Shown piece by piece: positions 45,251 to 56,160 of a stretch of DNA of 64,000 nucleotides. The position numbers were made by a program, and so were the translations under genes. Origin of the DNA: a candidate division WOR-3 bacterium (lineage in GTDB: Bacteria > Hydrothermota > Tepidihabitantia > SM23-42); the NCBI GenBank assembly GCA_020349965.1, contig CP070705.1, forward strand, positions 1,885,789-1,949,788. Reading direction: 5' to 3'. The notes beneath the pieces are model-generated. The model searched no databases and was not told the DNA's origin. It saw nothing but the letters and a program-made list of their open reading frames with translations. Each line of letters begins with the position of its first letter. The first letter of the stretch is position 1.

Positions 45251-47062
45251 ATGAAAACATATAACTATTTCGCAATAATCGCCTTCGCATTCCTTGCCCT
45301 TGAGGCCTGCGCTCCCCGCGCAGTAGTGCAGAGGCAACCTGCGCAACCGCATAAAGAAGTGTTACATGGATTTCGACGGGGACTTTGGGTACGAGCGGCT
45401 GCCGTAGCATCCCCCGATTCGATCACCCGCATTGCGCATATAGTCAAAGAAGCGCATATTACCGACATATTCGTGCAAGTGGTAGTCGGCGGTTACGCAT
45501 ATTACAATTCATCACTGCTACCGCGCAGCCAGTACTTATCGAGGATATCAGAGGCTGGGTATGACCCGCTCGATTCTCTGATCCGTGTCTTCAGTCACAC
45601 GCCGGTTCGTATCCACGCATGGATCAATACATATTTGTACTGGTCATTACCCGTACCCCCCGATTCGCTAGCCCACGTATTCTATGAACACCCCGACTGG
45701 TTCATCGAAGATGTCAACCATAAATCGATCGTCGACTACTCGTATGTTCAGTGGAAAAACCTCCGACTCGAGGGGCTCTACCTGGACCCGATGAATCCTC
45801 ATGTTGCCTTGTTCGTACAGGATATTTGTAGCGAGATCGTATCGCGATACGCGGTTGACGGCATCCATTTGGATTTCGTGCGGTATCCCGGTGTCCTCTG
45901 GGGATTGCCGCATACAGAAGAGAGCGCGGTACTTGCCGGCATTGGTGGCAATAATATCAGGTATTGTAGCACGATCGAGTACGGACGTTCAGACCTCTAT
46001 GAACGCTGGCAGATCTGGCACGCGTGGCGTCTGACCCGTGGCAGGCAGTGGGTGATCGAACGTATGATCAATGACATAAGCAAGAGAATCACTGCAAATG
46101 GGTTCAACCATGATATCCAATTGTCAGCAGCGGTCTTTGCCAACCCTTCATTATCCCGATACGCTTTCGCACAGAACTGGACTGCATGGGATCCTCGTAT
46201 CTGTCAGCCGATTGTCATGTCATATACGCCTGACATCGCGCTGTTTCTCGATTACCTGCATTTTGCCATGCGCAATCGCCCCGAAGCTATTTTAGGCATC
46301 GGCCTCCTATGGCCCAACATGGAAACGATTGCCCGAATGCAAGAGAAAGCAGCAAGAGATGCGAACGCAGCAGGTGTCTGCTACTTTGATTTTACCGGTA
46401 TCGATTCGATGGCAGACTTCGTATCCGTCTTGGACGACACCCATGAACTACAAGACGTGAGGCTGGATACAATGCAATTCGACGGATCATATGATGTGTT
46501 CATCTCCAGACCTCACCCTGAACATATATCCAAGGGAACGGCTCTTGCCGATTGGGGCACTGACATCGATTTTGCTGCATTTCTGTTATCTCTATCTCTC
46601 GACCCAAATCGAGACCTAGCGCGTATGGCGTTAAGCCGCCAAGATTTTATTGAACTGATCTCTCAAGATGTTGCGGCGTTCCTATACCTGGATCGTAATG
46701 TCTTTCCCCTGGCAGTCCACCTGATCGAACCGCCCCGCAGAGCTGTCCGATACACATTCGTGCCATGGCTAGAGGACGACTCAGTCGTCGTGCTCGAAAA
46801 GGCGCAGGCAATTTCAGAATTCGCTGACCAAACCCAATTGTTACCTCTATCGACCGATCCGTTCGCAAAAGCAGTATTCTCGGTTGAGCCTGGCCGCCGA
46901 GAGATATTGCCGACGCCGGCCGGAGTCTATGTCTTCGTCGTGGATTCACTGCTCGAAGGAGGAAGACTGCTCTCGCGAGAGGACGTGTCGCCGACGGCAT
47001 TCCCCATTTATGCGAACTGGACGATAAGGAGCAGGTTCATCGACCTCGTTGGAGAGAACTGA
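45251..47062 (+). CDS. Lipoprotein with glycosyl hydrolase-like 10 (YddW/DigH-type) domain
   Basis: Lipobox LEAC, RGLWV, YDPLD, IHAWIN, HPDW, YLDP, YAVDGIHLDFVRYP, LSAAVF, QNW. The upstream part of ORF 45035 overlaps rplQ and is not used. Confidence 0.85.
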   Translation: MKTYNYFAIIAFAFLALEACAPRAVVQRQPAQPHKEVLHGFRRGLWVRAAAVASPDSITRIAHIVKEAHITDIFVQVVVGGYAYYNSSLLPRSQYLSRISEAGYDPLDSLIRVFSHTPVRIHAWINTYLYWSLPVPPDSLAHVFYEHPDWFIEDVNHKSIVDYSYVQWKNLRLEGLYLDPMNPHVALFVQDICSEIVSRYAVDGIHLDFVRYPGVLWGLPHTEESAVLAGIGGNNIRYCSTIEYGRSDLYERWQIWHAWRLTRGRQWVIERMINDISKRITANGFNHDIQLSAAVFANPSLSRYAFAQNWTAWDPRICQPIVMSYTPDIALFLDYLHFAMRNRPEAILGIGLLWPNMETIARMQEKAARDANAAGVCYFDFTGIDSMADFVSVLDDTHELQDVRLDTMQFDGSYDVFISRPHPEHISKGTALADWGTDIDFAAFLLSLSLDPNRDLARMALSRQDFIELISQDVAAFLYLDRNVFPLAVHLIEPPRRAVRYTFVPWLEDDSVVVLEKAQAISEFADQTQLLPLSTDPFAKAVFSVEPGRREILPTPAGVYVFVVDSLLEGGRLLSREDVSPTAFPIYANWTIRSRFIDLVGEN

Positions 47063-47101
47063 TGTTTGATAATTTTCGTTAATTACTAAATAGGAGATGA
47101 T

Positions 47102-48466
47102 ATGTTCGATAAACTAAAGTCGATACTGGAGAAAGTGGATGCAGAATATGCTGACATACGTCATGAAACAAAGATAGAAACGAGGATCGCGTTCAATGGC
47201 AAGGAACTGAAGGAGATCGGCGGTAATACAACTGACGGCTATGTACTTCGTGTCCTTGACAGGGGAGGCTACTCTTCGATCGCATTCACCGATCTAGACA
47301 ACCAGGAGAAAGCAGTCCGAACTGCAATAGAGAACGCACACCTGATGTCTCGTTTCACTGAGCAACCTATTACTTTCGAAAAAGTCGATATCATAACCAA
47401 GGAATACACCCCAGATCTCGCAGAGGATCCACGTCAGATTTCGATCGATGAGAAATTGGCATTGACGAATAAGTACAACGACCTGGTGCTGAGCAACGAC
47501 AAGATAGCAACTACCAATATCAACTATCTAGAGCTTGTCAGGGAAAAGCATTTTGCGAACACCGAAGGTAGCGCGATACGCGAAGAACTTGTCACGAACC
47601 GAATCAGCGGATTGATAACCAGCCGGGACGGCAATCTCATCCAAAACGTAAGGGTCGCTGCTGGCGGCAGCAGTGGCTTCAGCGTCCTCAGAAACCGCGA
47701 GGCAGTCTTCGAAAACAAATCCCGAATCGCAACGGAACTCCTCAGAGCGCAACCTGTCCAGGGAGGATGCTACAATGTTGTCCTGAACCAGAGTCTTGGA
47801 GGTGTTTTCACGCACGAAGCGTTTGGCCATTTCTCAGAAGCCGATATAATAGAGAACAACCGTTCGATGCGCGATAAAATGAAACTGGGCACAAGAATGG
47901 GTTGCGAAAAAGTCAACATAACAGATGACCCTACCATGACCGGGCAGTTAGGACATTACCGTTACGACGATGAGGGAGTAATGGCAAGACGGACTCCTCT
48001 TTTGAAGGAAGGCGTCCTTGTAGGTCGTCTACACTCGCGAAGGACAGCTGCCGCTTTTGGGGAACTGGTTAGCGGTCACACCGTTGCTGAAGACTACCGT
48101 TACGCGCCTATCATCCGCATGGGTACGATATTCATCGAGCCTGGTGACGACACGTTCGAAGGGCTTATCGACAAGTTGGGTAGTGGTTATTACCTGCTCG
48201 ACGCGAAAGGTGGTGAAACGAGCGGAGAGAATTTCACTTTCGGCGCTCAATACGGTTTTGTCGTTAAGAACGGAAAAATCGGCGAGATGGTCCGTGATAT
48301 CAACATTTCCGGTAATCTCTATAGTACACTTGCGAATATCATCGCAATCAGTGACGATCTAAAGCTCAGCGAAACAGGAGGCTGTGGCAAGGGTCAAGCC
48401 AACATTCGCTCTTGCTACGGCACTCCGCACATTCTCATAAACGAGCTTATCATCGGAGGATCATGA
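47102..48466 (+). CDS. tldD: TldD-family metalloprotease
   Basis: HEAFGHFSEAD, DDEG, IIRMG, GGCGKGQ. Confidence 0.92.
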   Translation: MFDKLKSILEKVDAEYADIRHETKIETRIAFNGKELKEIGGNTTDGYVLRVLDRGGYSSIAFTDLDNQEKAVRTAIENAHLMSRFTEQPITFEKVDIITKEYTPDLAEDPRQISIDEKLALTNKYNDLVLSNDKIATTNINYLELVREKHFANTEGSAIREELVTNRISGLITSRDGNLIQNVRVAAGGSSGFSVLRNREAVFENKSRIATELLRAQPVQGGCYNVVLNQSLGGVFTHEAFGHFSEADIIENNRSMRDKMKLGTRMGCEKVNITDDPTMTGQLGHYRYDDEGVMARRTPLLKEGVLVGRLHSRRTAAAFGELVSGHTVAEDYRYAPIIRMGTIFIEPGDDTFEGLIDKLGSGYYLLDAKGGETSGENFTFGAQYGFVVKNGKIGEMVRDINISGNLYSTLANIIAISDDLKLSETGGCGKGQANIRSCYGTPHILINELIIGGS

Positions 48467-48467
48467 T

Positions 48468-49778
48468 ATGGACAGATTAATTGAATCCGCCAAACTTCAC
48501 AGCGATGCATTTGAAATATACAAGCTGGATGAGAGTCGGAATACTATTGAATTCGAAGACGGAAAGTTAAAGGATATCGAGAGCACAATCCACGCCGGCG
48601 TCGCGCTCCGAATCATCAAAGACCGGAGAGCCGGATTCGCCTATACGAAAAATGTGAGTAATAACGAAGCGTTGGTGCTTAACGCCGTTGACACAATAAA
48701 AGGCGGAGTCGAAGCACCTTATGATTTTCCCCATACGAAATCAGTGCCGACGCTCAATACCTATGACGCGGCTATCGAAGACGTGACGAACACCACAATC
48801 GTCGATGAATGCAGACGCATTAACGCCTTAATGACAAGCAAAGTCAATGGTCAGATCAATATCGACGCTGGAACATCGATATCCGGCATCAAAATAAGAA
48901 ATTCATCTGGCGCCAATCTTTCGACGAGGACTTCTTACTACGCTATTACCATCAGCATATTATATCCAGAATCGGCAACCGGTATAGAACGTTCCCTCGA
49001 ATTCAAAAAGTTTGAAGAGGTCGATGATTCATTCTTAAACAATCTGATCGACCTTTATAATAGAAGCGAGAGGGAGATCAACACGGCCGGCGGCCGTATG
49101 AAGATTCTATTCATGCCTGAAGCCATGTACACACTGATCTGGCGTTTGCAGAACGCAGTAAGCGGTGAATCTTTGTATCACGGTCAATCACCGCTCGCTG
49201 GAAAGCTGAACACGGATATCTTCAGCAAGCAACTATCAATCATCGACAATCCAATCGATGACAGCCGCCCCGGTGCGCGCGCATTCGATGATGAAGGCGT
49301 ACCATGCAAAGAACTCGTGATCGTCGACAAGGGCACCCTCACCAATTACTACTATGATCTTTTTTATGCTGCAAAAATGAAAGCCAAGCCTAATGGAAGG
49401 GGATTCAAAACCTTACGCTGGAACGATGACAGGATCTCAGTGAAACCGGTGCCGACGCTCACCAGCCTCTCCATCGAACCGGGTGCCACCGGGTTCGAGC
49501 AGCTCATTGGCTCCATGCAGCGCGGCATCATTGTATGCGGAGCGCTGGGCGCTCATAGTGGAAATATTCCCAATGGGGATTTTTCGATCGGCCTTTCCCC
49601 CGGCTTGTATGTTGAAGGTGGCCAAATCGTCGGGCGGATAAAGGATGCAATGATCGCCGGAAATATATACTCAATCATGAATCGAGTCATAGACATCGAA
49701 GACAGTCTTCATCCGGCCTATACCGGTTATTATCCGGCGGTGTTGTTCGATGACATTAATGTCGCCACGAAAAGCTAG
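48468..49778 (+). CDS. pmbA: PmbA/TldE-family protein
   Basis: FDDEGVP, GDFSI, MIAGN, no HExxxH; paired with tldD. Confidence 0.88.
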   Translation: MDRLIESAKLHSDAFEIYKLDESRNTIEFEDGKLKDIESTIHAGVALRIIKDRRAGFAYTKNVSNNEALVLNAVDTIKGGVEAPYDFPHTKSVPTLNTYDAAIEDVTNTTIVDECRRINALMTSKVNGQINIDAGTSISGIKIRNSSGANLSTRTSYYAITISILYPESATGIERSLEFKKFEEVDDSFLNNLIDLYNRSEREINTAGGRMKILFMPEAMYTLIWRLQNAVSGESLYHGQSPLAGKLNTDIFSKQLSIIDNPIDDSRPGARAFDDEGVPCKELVIVDKGTLTNYYYDLFYAAKMKAKPNGRGFKTLRWNDDRISVKPVPTLTSLSIEPGATGFEQLIGSMQRGIIVCGALGAHSGNIPNGDFSIGLSPGLYVEGGQIVGRIKDAMIAGNIYSIMNRVIDIEDSLHPAYTGYYPAVLFDDINVATKS

Positions 49779-49878
49779 CCTTTTCAGGACCTACTGTCTC
49801 CGGACGGCCATCCGTTAGATTTGCTTCAAGAAAAATGTTTTCCGTGCGACCTAGTTTCTAATCTAACACTGGGCAAAG

Positions 49879-50781
49879 ATGCAGTCGTTCCTCCCCTTTC
49901 TCGGTGAGGCACTCTCCTTGCTCACGGCGATCACGTGGGCGCTCGCCGTTACGCTGTTCAGGAAGAGCGGAGAGACCGTCCACCCTCTTGCCCTCAATAC
50001 ATTCAAGAACATCCTAGCGCTTTTATTACTCATACCTACGATTTGGCTGTTTGGCCACACCATTTGGTATGGAACCTCGCCAAGGGCTTATATTATACTC
50101 TTCATCAGCGGTGCGGTCGGTATCGGAATAGGTGATACCCTCTTCTTCCATGCATTGAACAGGTTAGGTGCCGGGCTAACCGGTCTCGTCGTTTGCATGT
50201 ACAGCCCCTTCATCATTACCTTCTCGCATATCTGGCTCAGCGAAAATTTGGCAAAGATACAGCTGGTGGGCGCCCTTCTGATAATCTCAGCCGTTCTACT
50301 CACTTCGCTGCGACGGAAGCGATCAACCGTTGTCCCTGCACACACGTGGCTCTCAGGCATCATATTCGGCATCCTTGCATCCGCAGCAATGGCTGCCGGC
50401 GTGGTCCTGATGAAACCGCTCCTGGCCTCTCATCCCGTAGCCTGGGTTGCGGAGATCCGTCTTTTAGGCGGAATGACTGCCCTGGTATTAATATTCTCCT
50501 TTTACCCCAGCAGAAAGAAAATAGTTGCATCTCTGTTGAATACAAGAAACTGGCACTATACACTGGGGGGATCTTTCATGGGAGCTTATCTCTCAATGCT
50601 ATTATGGATTGGTGGCATGAAACACACACTCGCATCGACGGCTTCGGCTTTAAATCAGACAAGCACGATATTCATCTTCATCTTTGCGGGGCTTTTCTTA
50701 AAAGAACCGATGACTCTCCGCCGGACGATCGCCATCTCTCTTGCTTTCGCCGGTGCCTTTCTCGTATCGTTTTTCAGGTAG
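49879..50781 (+). CDS. EamA/DMT-family transporter
   Basis: About 10 TM segments in two repeats, ISGAVGIGIGD..FF.AL, FLKEP. Confidence 0.9.
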   Translation: MQSFLPFLGEALSLLTAITWALAVTLFRKSGETVHPLALNTFKNILALLLLIPTIWLFGHTIWYGTSPRAYIILFISGAVGIGIGDTLFFHALNRLGAGLTGLVVCMYSPFIITFSHIWLSENLAKIQLVGALLIISAVLLTSLRRKRSTVVPAHTWLSGIIFGILASAAMAAGVVLMKPLLASHPVAWVAEIRLLGGMTALVLIFSFYPSRKKIVASLLNTRNWHYTLGGSFMGAYLSMLLWIGGMKHTLASTASALNQTSTIFIFIFAGLFLKEPMTLRRTIAISLAFAGAFLVSFFR

Positions 50782-51613
50782 TCACAGACCGGGCAAAATC
50801 CTCAGGGTCAAACTCGACAATATCTTCTATGCCCTCACCCACCCCGAGGTACAGTACGGGCAGTCGTAATTCGTTACATATTGGAATAATCGCTCCGCCC
50901 TTTGCAGTACCATCAAATTTCGTCAGCACCAAGCCATTGACCGCGATTGCCTCGGTGAATATCTTTGCCTGTTGAATAGAATTCTGACCGAGGTTCGCAT
51001 CGATCGTTAGTATATTATAGTCAGGCCCGTCCGGTCTGAATTTGATGATTACACGCACTATCTTTTTCAACTCTTCCATGAGATCCGCTCGTGTGTGTAG
51101 CCTACCTGCTGTGTCAATCACGACATGACTGTTCTTCTTAGCAAACGCTTTGGACATAGCATCATGGACAACAGCCGCAGCATCTTGTCCTCGCTGAGAA
51201 GCGACTATTTCGACGCCTGCCCTCTGTGCCCAGATATTCAGCTGTTCATGTGCTGCATCACGATAGGTGTCTCCACTGACCAACAACACAGTACCCGCCT
51301 TTCGATGCAGATTGGCTAGTTTCGCCGCGGTCGTTGTCTTGCCCGAACCGTTCACACCGCTCACCATCGTGATAACAGGGGCTTCGACCCCACGGCTTGG
51401 ACGGGGTTGAGACAACAGACTGGCGATCTCTTCCCGCAACGCCATGATGCGATCGCCCTCGGCCCTCTCTAATTTTGCCCTGATAACCTCAGCATACTTG
51501 ACGCCGACATCGGCTTGGATGAGAATCTCCACAACGGAACGAAGAGGTACACCGCCAGTTTGTCTGAAAATGGATCTGATGCGGGAAAGAGCAGGTAAGA
51601 AGTTCTTTATCAA
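50774..51613 (-). CDS. ftsY: Signal recognition particle receptor FtsY (short form)
   Basis: GVNGSGKTTTAAKLA, DTYR.AA.EQL, DTAGRLH, TKFDGTAKGG, GVGE. Confidence 0.95.
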   Translation of the reverse strand: MIKNFLPALSRIRSIFRQTGGVPLRSVVEILIQADVGVKYAEVIRAKLERAEGDRIMALREEIASLLSQPRPSRGVEAPVITMVSGVNGSGKTTTAAKLANLHRKAGTVLLVSGDTYRDAAHEQLNIWAQRAGVEIVASQRGQDAAAVVHDAMSKAFAKKNSHVVIDTAGRLHTRADLMEELKKIVRVIIKFRPDGPDYNILTIDANLGQNSIQQAKIFTEAIAVNGLVLTKFDGTAKGGAIIPICNELRLPVLYLGVGEGIEDIVEFDPEDFARSVTT

Positions 51614-51638
51614 GGTCAGATGCAGGGTTCCCGGAAAT

Positions 51639-54600
51639 TCAATTCTGTTCTTCCAGCGAACTTATCTTCTCGAGATCGGCCAGCTTCGCGGATATGATCT
51701 TGCTTTCCCTCGGTTTTTCCATGGTCAGACCATAGAGATAGTCGGCGTACTCCATGGTTGCCCGGTTATGAGTGATGATTACGACCTGCGTTCTCTGTGA
51801 CAAATCACGAAGAAATTTGTTGAACCTCACGACATTTATGTCATCGAGCGGTGCGTCGATTTCATCCAGTATGCAGAACGGCGCAGGTTTAACTAGATAG
51901 AATGCAAGAAGAAGACTGATCGCCAACAATGTTTTCTGCCCGCCTGAAAGTTGATTGATCGTTTTCAATTTTCTACCCAACATCCGTACAACGATCTCTA
52001 CTTTACTAGCCAATGGGTTCTCAGGGTCGGTCAGTACAAGATCGGCCTCGCCGTCCTGGAAGAAATTGGCGAATACGTAGTTGAATTCCTTCTTCACCAA
52101 GTCGAAAGTCTCATTGAACCGGTCGCGCGCCCGCTGATCCAATTCTTCGATCGACTTCAGGAGATTCTCCTTGGCGGCGATGATATCGTCGCGCTGCCCC
52201 AGGAACTCATCGAGTCTTTTCTTTTCTTCTTCATATGCCTGGAGACTCAGGGGATTCACTTCCCCCAGTTTTTCAAGCCGCCCTTTCACTTCGGATAGCC
52301 TTGTCGGGGCATCGATTATTTCCTCTTCCGGCTTATAGTCACCGAGAATGACGTTGAATTCTTCTTCAGCCTTATGGATGAGATCATCTCGTTGGTGTTT
52401 CTTCTCGAACAGTTGATATTTCAGCTGCATGATACCATCCTGCATACTCTCATGGTCCTTCTGTTTTATCGTCAGCTGGTCATAAACCAGACCAAGACTC
52501 TTGCTGTATTCCTCAAGCAGATGGTCCGGCAACTTCGCCTCGTGCGCGGATTTTTCTTCCCGTTTCTGGTTGAGTTCTCTTTTTAGCTCATTTATTGATT
52601 CTGTCATTTGATCGACGTTGCCCGGAAGTGACCGTTCGCGCAAATTTCGTATCTCCGAATCGGCACTGGCTATTTCGCCTTTCAATTGCTCTATCGATTG
52701 GGCGACACTGTCCCTTTTGCCGACAAAGACCGCTTTGTCGGTGGCAATACCATTGAGTTCAGAAACCGTATCGTCAATTCTGCTCTTCAACTGATGGAGG
52801 GTCTTGCTCAAACTCTGGCTTTCGTTCGTCGTTTTCGTCTTCTCCTCTTCCATCTGCGCGACCTTTTTCTCCATTTCTTCAAGATGACTGTTGATCGTTT
52901 CAATCTCATTCTGCAAGACCGAACGCTCTTCTTGAATGTGAGCAAGTTCTAATTCCCTATTTTCGAATTCCTTTTTTGCCTCCTGGAGTCTAAGTGAAAA
53001 TTCCGACTTTTTGACATTGACCGCGAATAGTTCGTTTCGCACATCATCGATCTTCTTCTTCGTATCTGCAATCTCCCCGGTAGCCCGGTTCTTCTCCTGG
53101 GTCATAAAGAGTGCCTCATTTCGTAATACTTCCATCTTCTCCTTGAATTCTTCTAGACTCTGAGTGATCCTGAAGAATCCAACATCGCCCCGCTGAACAA
53201 CTATGGTGCCGTTTCTGAACAGACACCCATCTGATGTGACAAAACCAAGTTCAGGATGTTCCTCGGACAATCTTCTTGCTACAGCGAAATCGTCAACGAA
53301 GAGATACTCATCGAGGTAACGTCCACATATCTCCTCCGCCGATTTGAATTTCACATATTTCCTGATCGGAGTTGCACCGTCTATACCCACGCCTCTCTGG
53401 GGGCTTATATCGCGCTCCATATCAATAAATCCAAACCGTCCCTCCGGACAATTGGCAAGATCAGACGGACCGAACTCCTTCAGCAGATAGAAAACGAGCA
53501 GATCGCTCAGACAGACATCGATGATCGATTCGTACCCTGACACCACCTCGATGCTGTCTTTGAACATACCGAACACCCTTTCCCCGAATTTCTCTTTTAT
53601 CGCCTTTTTGCCTTCCACCTGAAGCCGGCGGCTCAGTGTGTCGATCATGATTCGACAATCGGCAATACCGTCATTACGTGTCGCGAGGTTACTCTCCAGC
53701 TCACTGACCGCCTCCTCGAGCTGGCTCTCCTTTTGGTAAAGCGCCTTCAACCTACCATCCGTCTCTTCTTGCTGCTCGACGGTGCCATCCAATTTCTGTT
53801 CCAGCTCCTTGCGTGCATATCGCAGTCTATCCACAATACTCTGTTCATTGGATGCTTCATCGGCCATACGCGACAACATACTTTCCTTGTTTTCCCTATC
53901 ATACTTCAATTTTGCCATTACACTCTGTGCTTCAATGATTGCGGCGGCACTCACCGTAACTCTTTCTTCGTTTTCCCTCAATGATTTTTCGGTCGAAAAA
54001 TATTCCGAATTCATCGCTTCGATACGACCCTGCACATCTTCTATTCTGGATTGAAGTTCTTGAAGCTGGCCAAGAATCGCATCTCGTTCTTGCTCGCTCT
54101 TAATCATGCGCCTCTTGTTGTTGTTAACCAACTCCTCCTTTTCCTTGATACTAGTAAGCACCCTTTCGGAGAGTATTGTATTGCTTCGCATTTCTTCTTC
54201 TTTCTCGGCAATACGGCTTTGCAGGACTTCTATAGCATCAATGAACTCGTTTATTCGGACGAGATTGCCTTTCTTTTCGTTCTCAGCATTCTCGATCGAC
54301 TTCTTCAATTGCTCACGTTCATCTTCCAGTTGTCTGATCGAATGCAGCAGCGATTGCCTTTCGCCTTCCCTTGCGTCAACTCTCTCCTGAATCGCACTTA
54401 TTTCATCAAGCGCCACCCGGAGTTCACTCGCCATGATGTATAACTTCAGATCTCTATAATCAGTCCTTAGTTCGTTATACAACCGAGCCTGGCGGACTTG
54501 CCTCTTGAGACTCCTCAAACCGCGCTGCATCTCCGCAATAATGTCATCGAGCCTCAGCAAATCCTGCTCGGTTGCAACAAGCCGCCTCTTTGTCTGTTCT

Positions 54601-55103
54601 TTTCTCTCTTGATACTTTAGTATGCCCGCAACGTCATCGAACATCTCCTTTGTGTTGCCATGTATTATGCGTTCAACCTCGGCCAACTCGAGAAACGAAT
54701 AGGTTAGAGCGCCGGAGTTAAGGAAAAGCGCCTGGATGTCCTGTAGGCGGCACTTCACGCGATTGAGATAGAATTCACTCTCCCCGGTTCTATAAAATCG
54801 GCGCTTGATCTCGAATTCGCTACCGAACTGCGGAAAATAATCCTCATTATCGATCGTGACTGCTACTTCAGTGAAGCTAGCATCTTCCTTAGTCTCCGAA
54901 GATATGTAGATCAGATCCTCGATCTTCTCGCAACGCAGTGCTTTCATGCTCTGTTCGCCGAATACCCATCTCAGCGCATCGAAGATATTCGACTTCCCGC
55001 TTCCATTAGGTCCTACAAAAGCCGTCACGCCGGTATCTAACAATACCTTTGTCTCGTCACGAAATGACTTGAAGCCGTAGAGTTTAATCTCTTTTATCTT
55101 CAT
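51639..55103 (-). CDS. smc: Chromosome segregation ATPase SMC
   Basis: GFKSF, VGPNGSGKSN, long coiled coils with central hinge, LGEVN, LSGG, PAPFCILDEIDAPLD, ITH. Confidence 0.95.
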   Translation of the reverse strand: MKIKEIKLYGFKSFRDETKVLLDTGVTAFVGPNGSGKSNIFDALRWVFGEQSMKALRCEKIEDLIYISSETKEDASFTEVAVTIDNEDYFPQFGSEFEIKRRFYRTGESEFYLNRVKCRLQDIQALFLNSGALTYSFLELAEVERIIHGNTKEMFDDVAGILKYQERKEQTKRRLVATEQDLLRLDDIIAEMQRGLRSLKRQVRQARLYNELRTDYRDLKLYIMASELRVALDEISAIQERVDAREGERQSLLHSIRQLEDEREQLKKSIENAENEKKGNLVRINEFIDAIEVLQSRIAEKEEEMRSNTILSERVLTSIKEKEELVNNNKRRMIKSEQERDAILGQLQELQSRIEDVQGRIEAMNSEYFSTEKSLRENEERVTVSAAAIIEAQSVMAKLKYDRENKESMLSRMADEASNEQSIVDRLRYARKELEQKLDGTVEQQEETDGRLKALYQKESQLEEAVSELESNLATRNDGIADCRIMIDTLSRRLQVEGKKAIKEKFGERVFGMFKDSIEVVSGYESIIDVCLSDLLVFYLLKEFGPSDLANCPEGRFGFIDMERDISPQRGVGIDGATPIRKYVKFKSAEEICGRYLDEYLFVDDFAVARRLSEEHPELGFVTSDGCLFRNGTIVVQRGDVGFFRITQSLEEFKEKMEVLRNEALFMTQEKNRATGEIADTKKKIDDVRNELFAVNVKKSEFSLRLQEAKKEFENRELELAHIQEERSVLQNEIETINSHLEEMEKKVAQMEEEKTKTTNESQSLSKTLHQLKSRIDDTVSELNGIATDKAVFVGKRDSVAQSIEQLKGEIASADSEIRNLRERSLPGNVDQMTESINELKRELNQKREEKSAHEAKLPDHLLEEYSKSLGLVYDQLTIKQKDHESMQDGIMQLKYQLFEKKHQRDDLIHKAEEEFNVILGDYKPEEEIIDAPTRLSEVKGRLEKLGEVNPLSLQAYEEEKKRLDEFLGQRDDIIAAKENLLKSIEELDQRARDRFNETFDLVKKEFNYVFANFFQDGEADLVLTDPENPLASKVEIVVRMLGRKLKTINQLSGGQKTLLAISLLLAFYLVKPAPFCILDEIDAPLDDINVVRFNKFLRDLSQRTQVVIITHNRATMEYADYLYGLTMEKPRESKIISAKLADLEKISSLEEQN

Positions 55104-55127
55104 CTGCGGACTCTTTCTGGAACCAAC

Positions 55128-56075
55128 CTATCCTTCATCACCAAGGTAGATTTCCCTTTCCAGGAAAGGATGGTAATCACTCCACTGCTTGTTCTTCCCT
55201 CGATTTTTCGCATAAACCTGTCTTATCATTTCCATTTTAGAGTCAATGTTATCCGCATAGTGCAGCACAAGCGCCTCCGGGAATAACGGCTGCTTCGGTG
55301 ACCCCCACGCTATCTCTCCGTGATGTGACAGTATCATATGTATTGTTTTCGATTTCAGATCTTCTGGAAAACCCTTTATCCGATCTGCTCGCTTTGAAAC
55401 CATCTCACTACCAATTACTATATGGCCCAGCAGCCTCCCCTTATGAGAAATACTGATATTCTTCTTGTACGAATACTCATAGATCTTACCCACATCGTGC
55501 AAAATGCCGCCTGTGATGAGCAAATCCTGATTAAGGAAATCGAAAACAGGCTGAATGCTCTGCAGTAGTCGCAGCACGCTCAATGTGTGAACAGCCAAAC
55601 CGCCAAGATACGCATGATGTACGGTGCGTGCTGCCGGCGCCAAAGAGAAGAGTTTCACGAAATCACTGTCACCGAAGAAAGAATCGAGGAGAGCCCGGAG
55701 ATGCACGTTGCTGACTGCTCCGGCACACTCTATGATAGATTTCATTACCGCACCGATGTCTCCAGCATAGCGAGGGAGGAAATCCTCGGCGTCAATATCA
55801 CTGTCATTCGCAGCGCTCATCGAATGTACAACAATCTGCAAACGTCCGCTATACTCCGTGACGTTACCTGATACAAAGACAAAATCGTCTGCCGAAATAT
55901 CGTTGAGACTATCGCCATCCCACGAAATACCGTCAATACTACCGGTTCGATCTGAAAGTTCCAGGATCGCATACAAGCCGCCATCTTTCTTGTCTTTTAC
56001 TATCTTTTTCGTGAGCACAAAGACTTCCTTCACGGTTTGCCCTGCTTTCAGTTCAACAACGTATTGGCTCTTCAT
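55128..56075 (-). CDS. yhaM: OB-fold plus HD-domain protein (YhaM/Cbf1-family 3'-5' exoribonuclease)
   Basis: LSDRTGSI, APAA..HHAYLGGL..HT, LHDVGK, SHHG..WGSP, HYADNID. Confidence 0.88.
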   Translation of the reverse strand: MKSQYVVELKAGQTVKEVFVLTKKIVKDKKDGGLYAILELSDRTGSIDGISWDGDSLNDISADDFVFVSGNVTEYSGRLQIVVHSMSAANDSDIDAEDFLPRYAGDIGAVMKSIIECAGAVSNVHLRALLDSFFGDSDFVKLFSLAPAARTVHHAYLGGLAVHTLSVLRLLQSIQPVFDFLNQDLLITGGILHDVGKIYEYSYKKNISISHKGRLLGHIVIGSEMVSKRADRIKGFPEDLKSKTIHMILSHHGEIAWGSPKQPLFPEALVLHYADNIDSKMEMIRQVYAKNRGKNKQWSDYHPFLEREIYLGDEG

Positions 56076-56160
56076 GTTTCGAAGTAATCACACAATTGTC
56101 TTTCGCCTCAGACCACCTTTGCGTGGATTTTTTGACATCGGGATAGTAGCCAATTTACGG

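Noticed and set aside
50193-50975. 260-aa plus-strand ORF overlapping the EamA gene and ftsY
   Set aside because: Alternative-frame ORF with no motifs, fully explained by the overlapping real genes.
56076-56160. Minus-strand CCACGCAAAGGTGGTCTGAGGCGAAAGAC upstream of yhaM, reminiscent of a c-di-GMP-I riboswitch
   Set aside because: The order and spacing of the elements do not fit. Only two 4-bp hairpins are supported.
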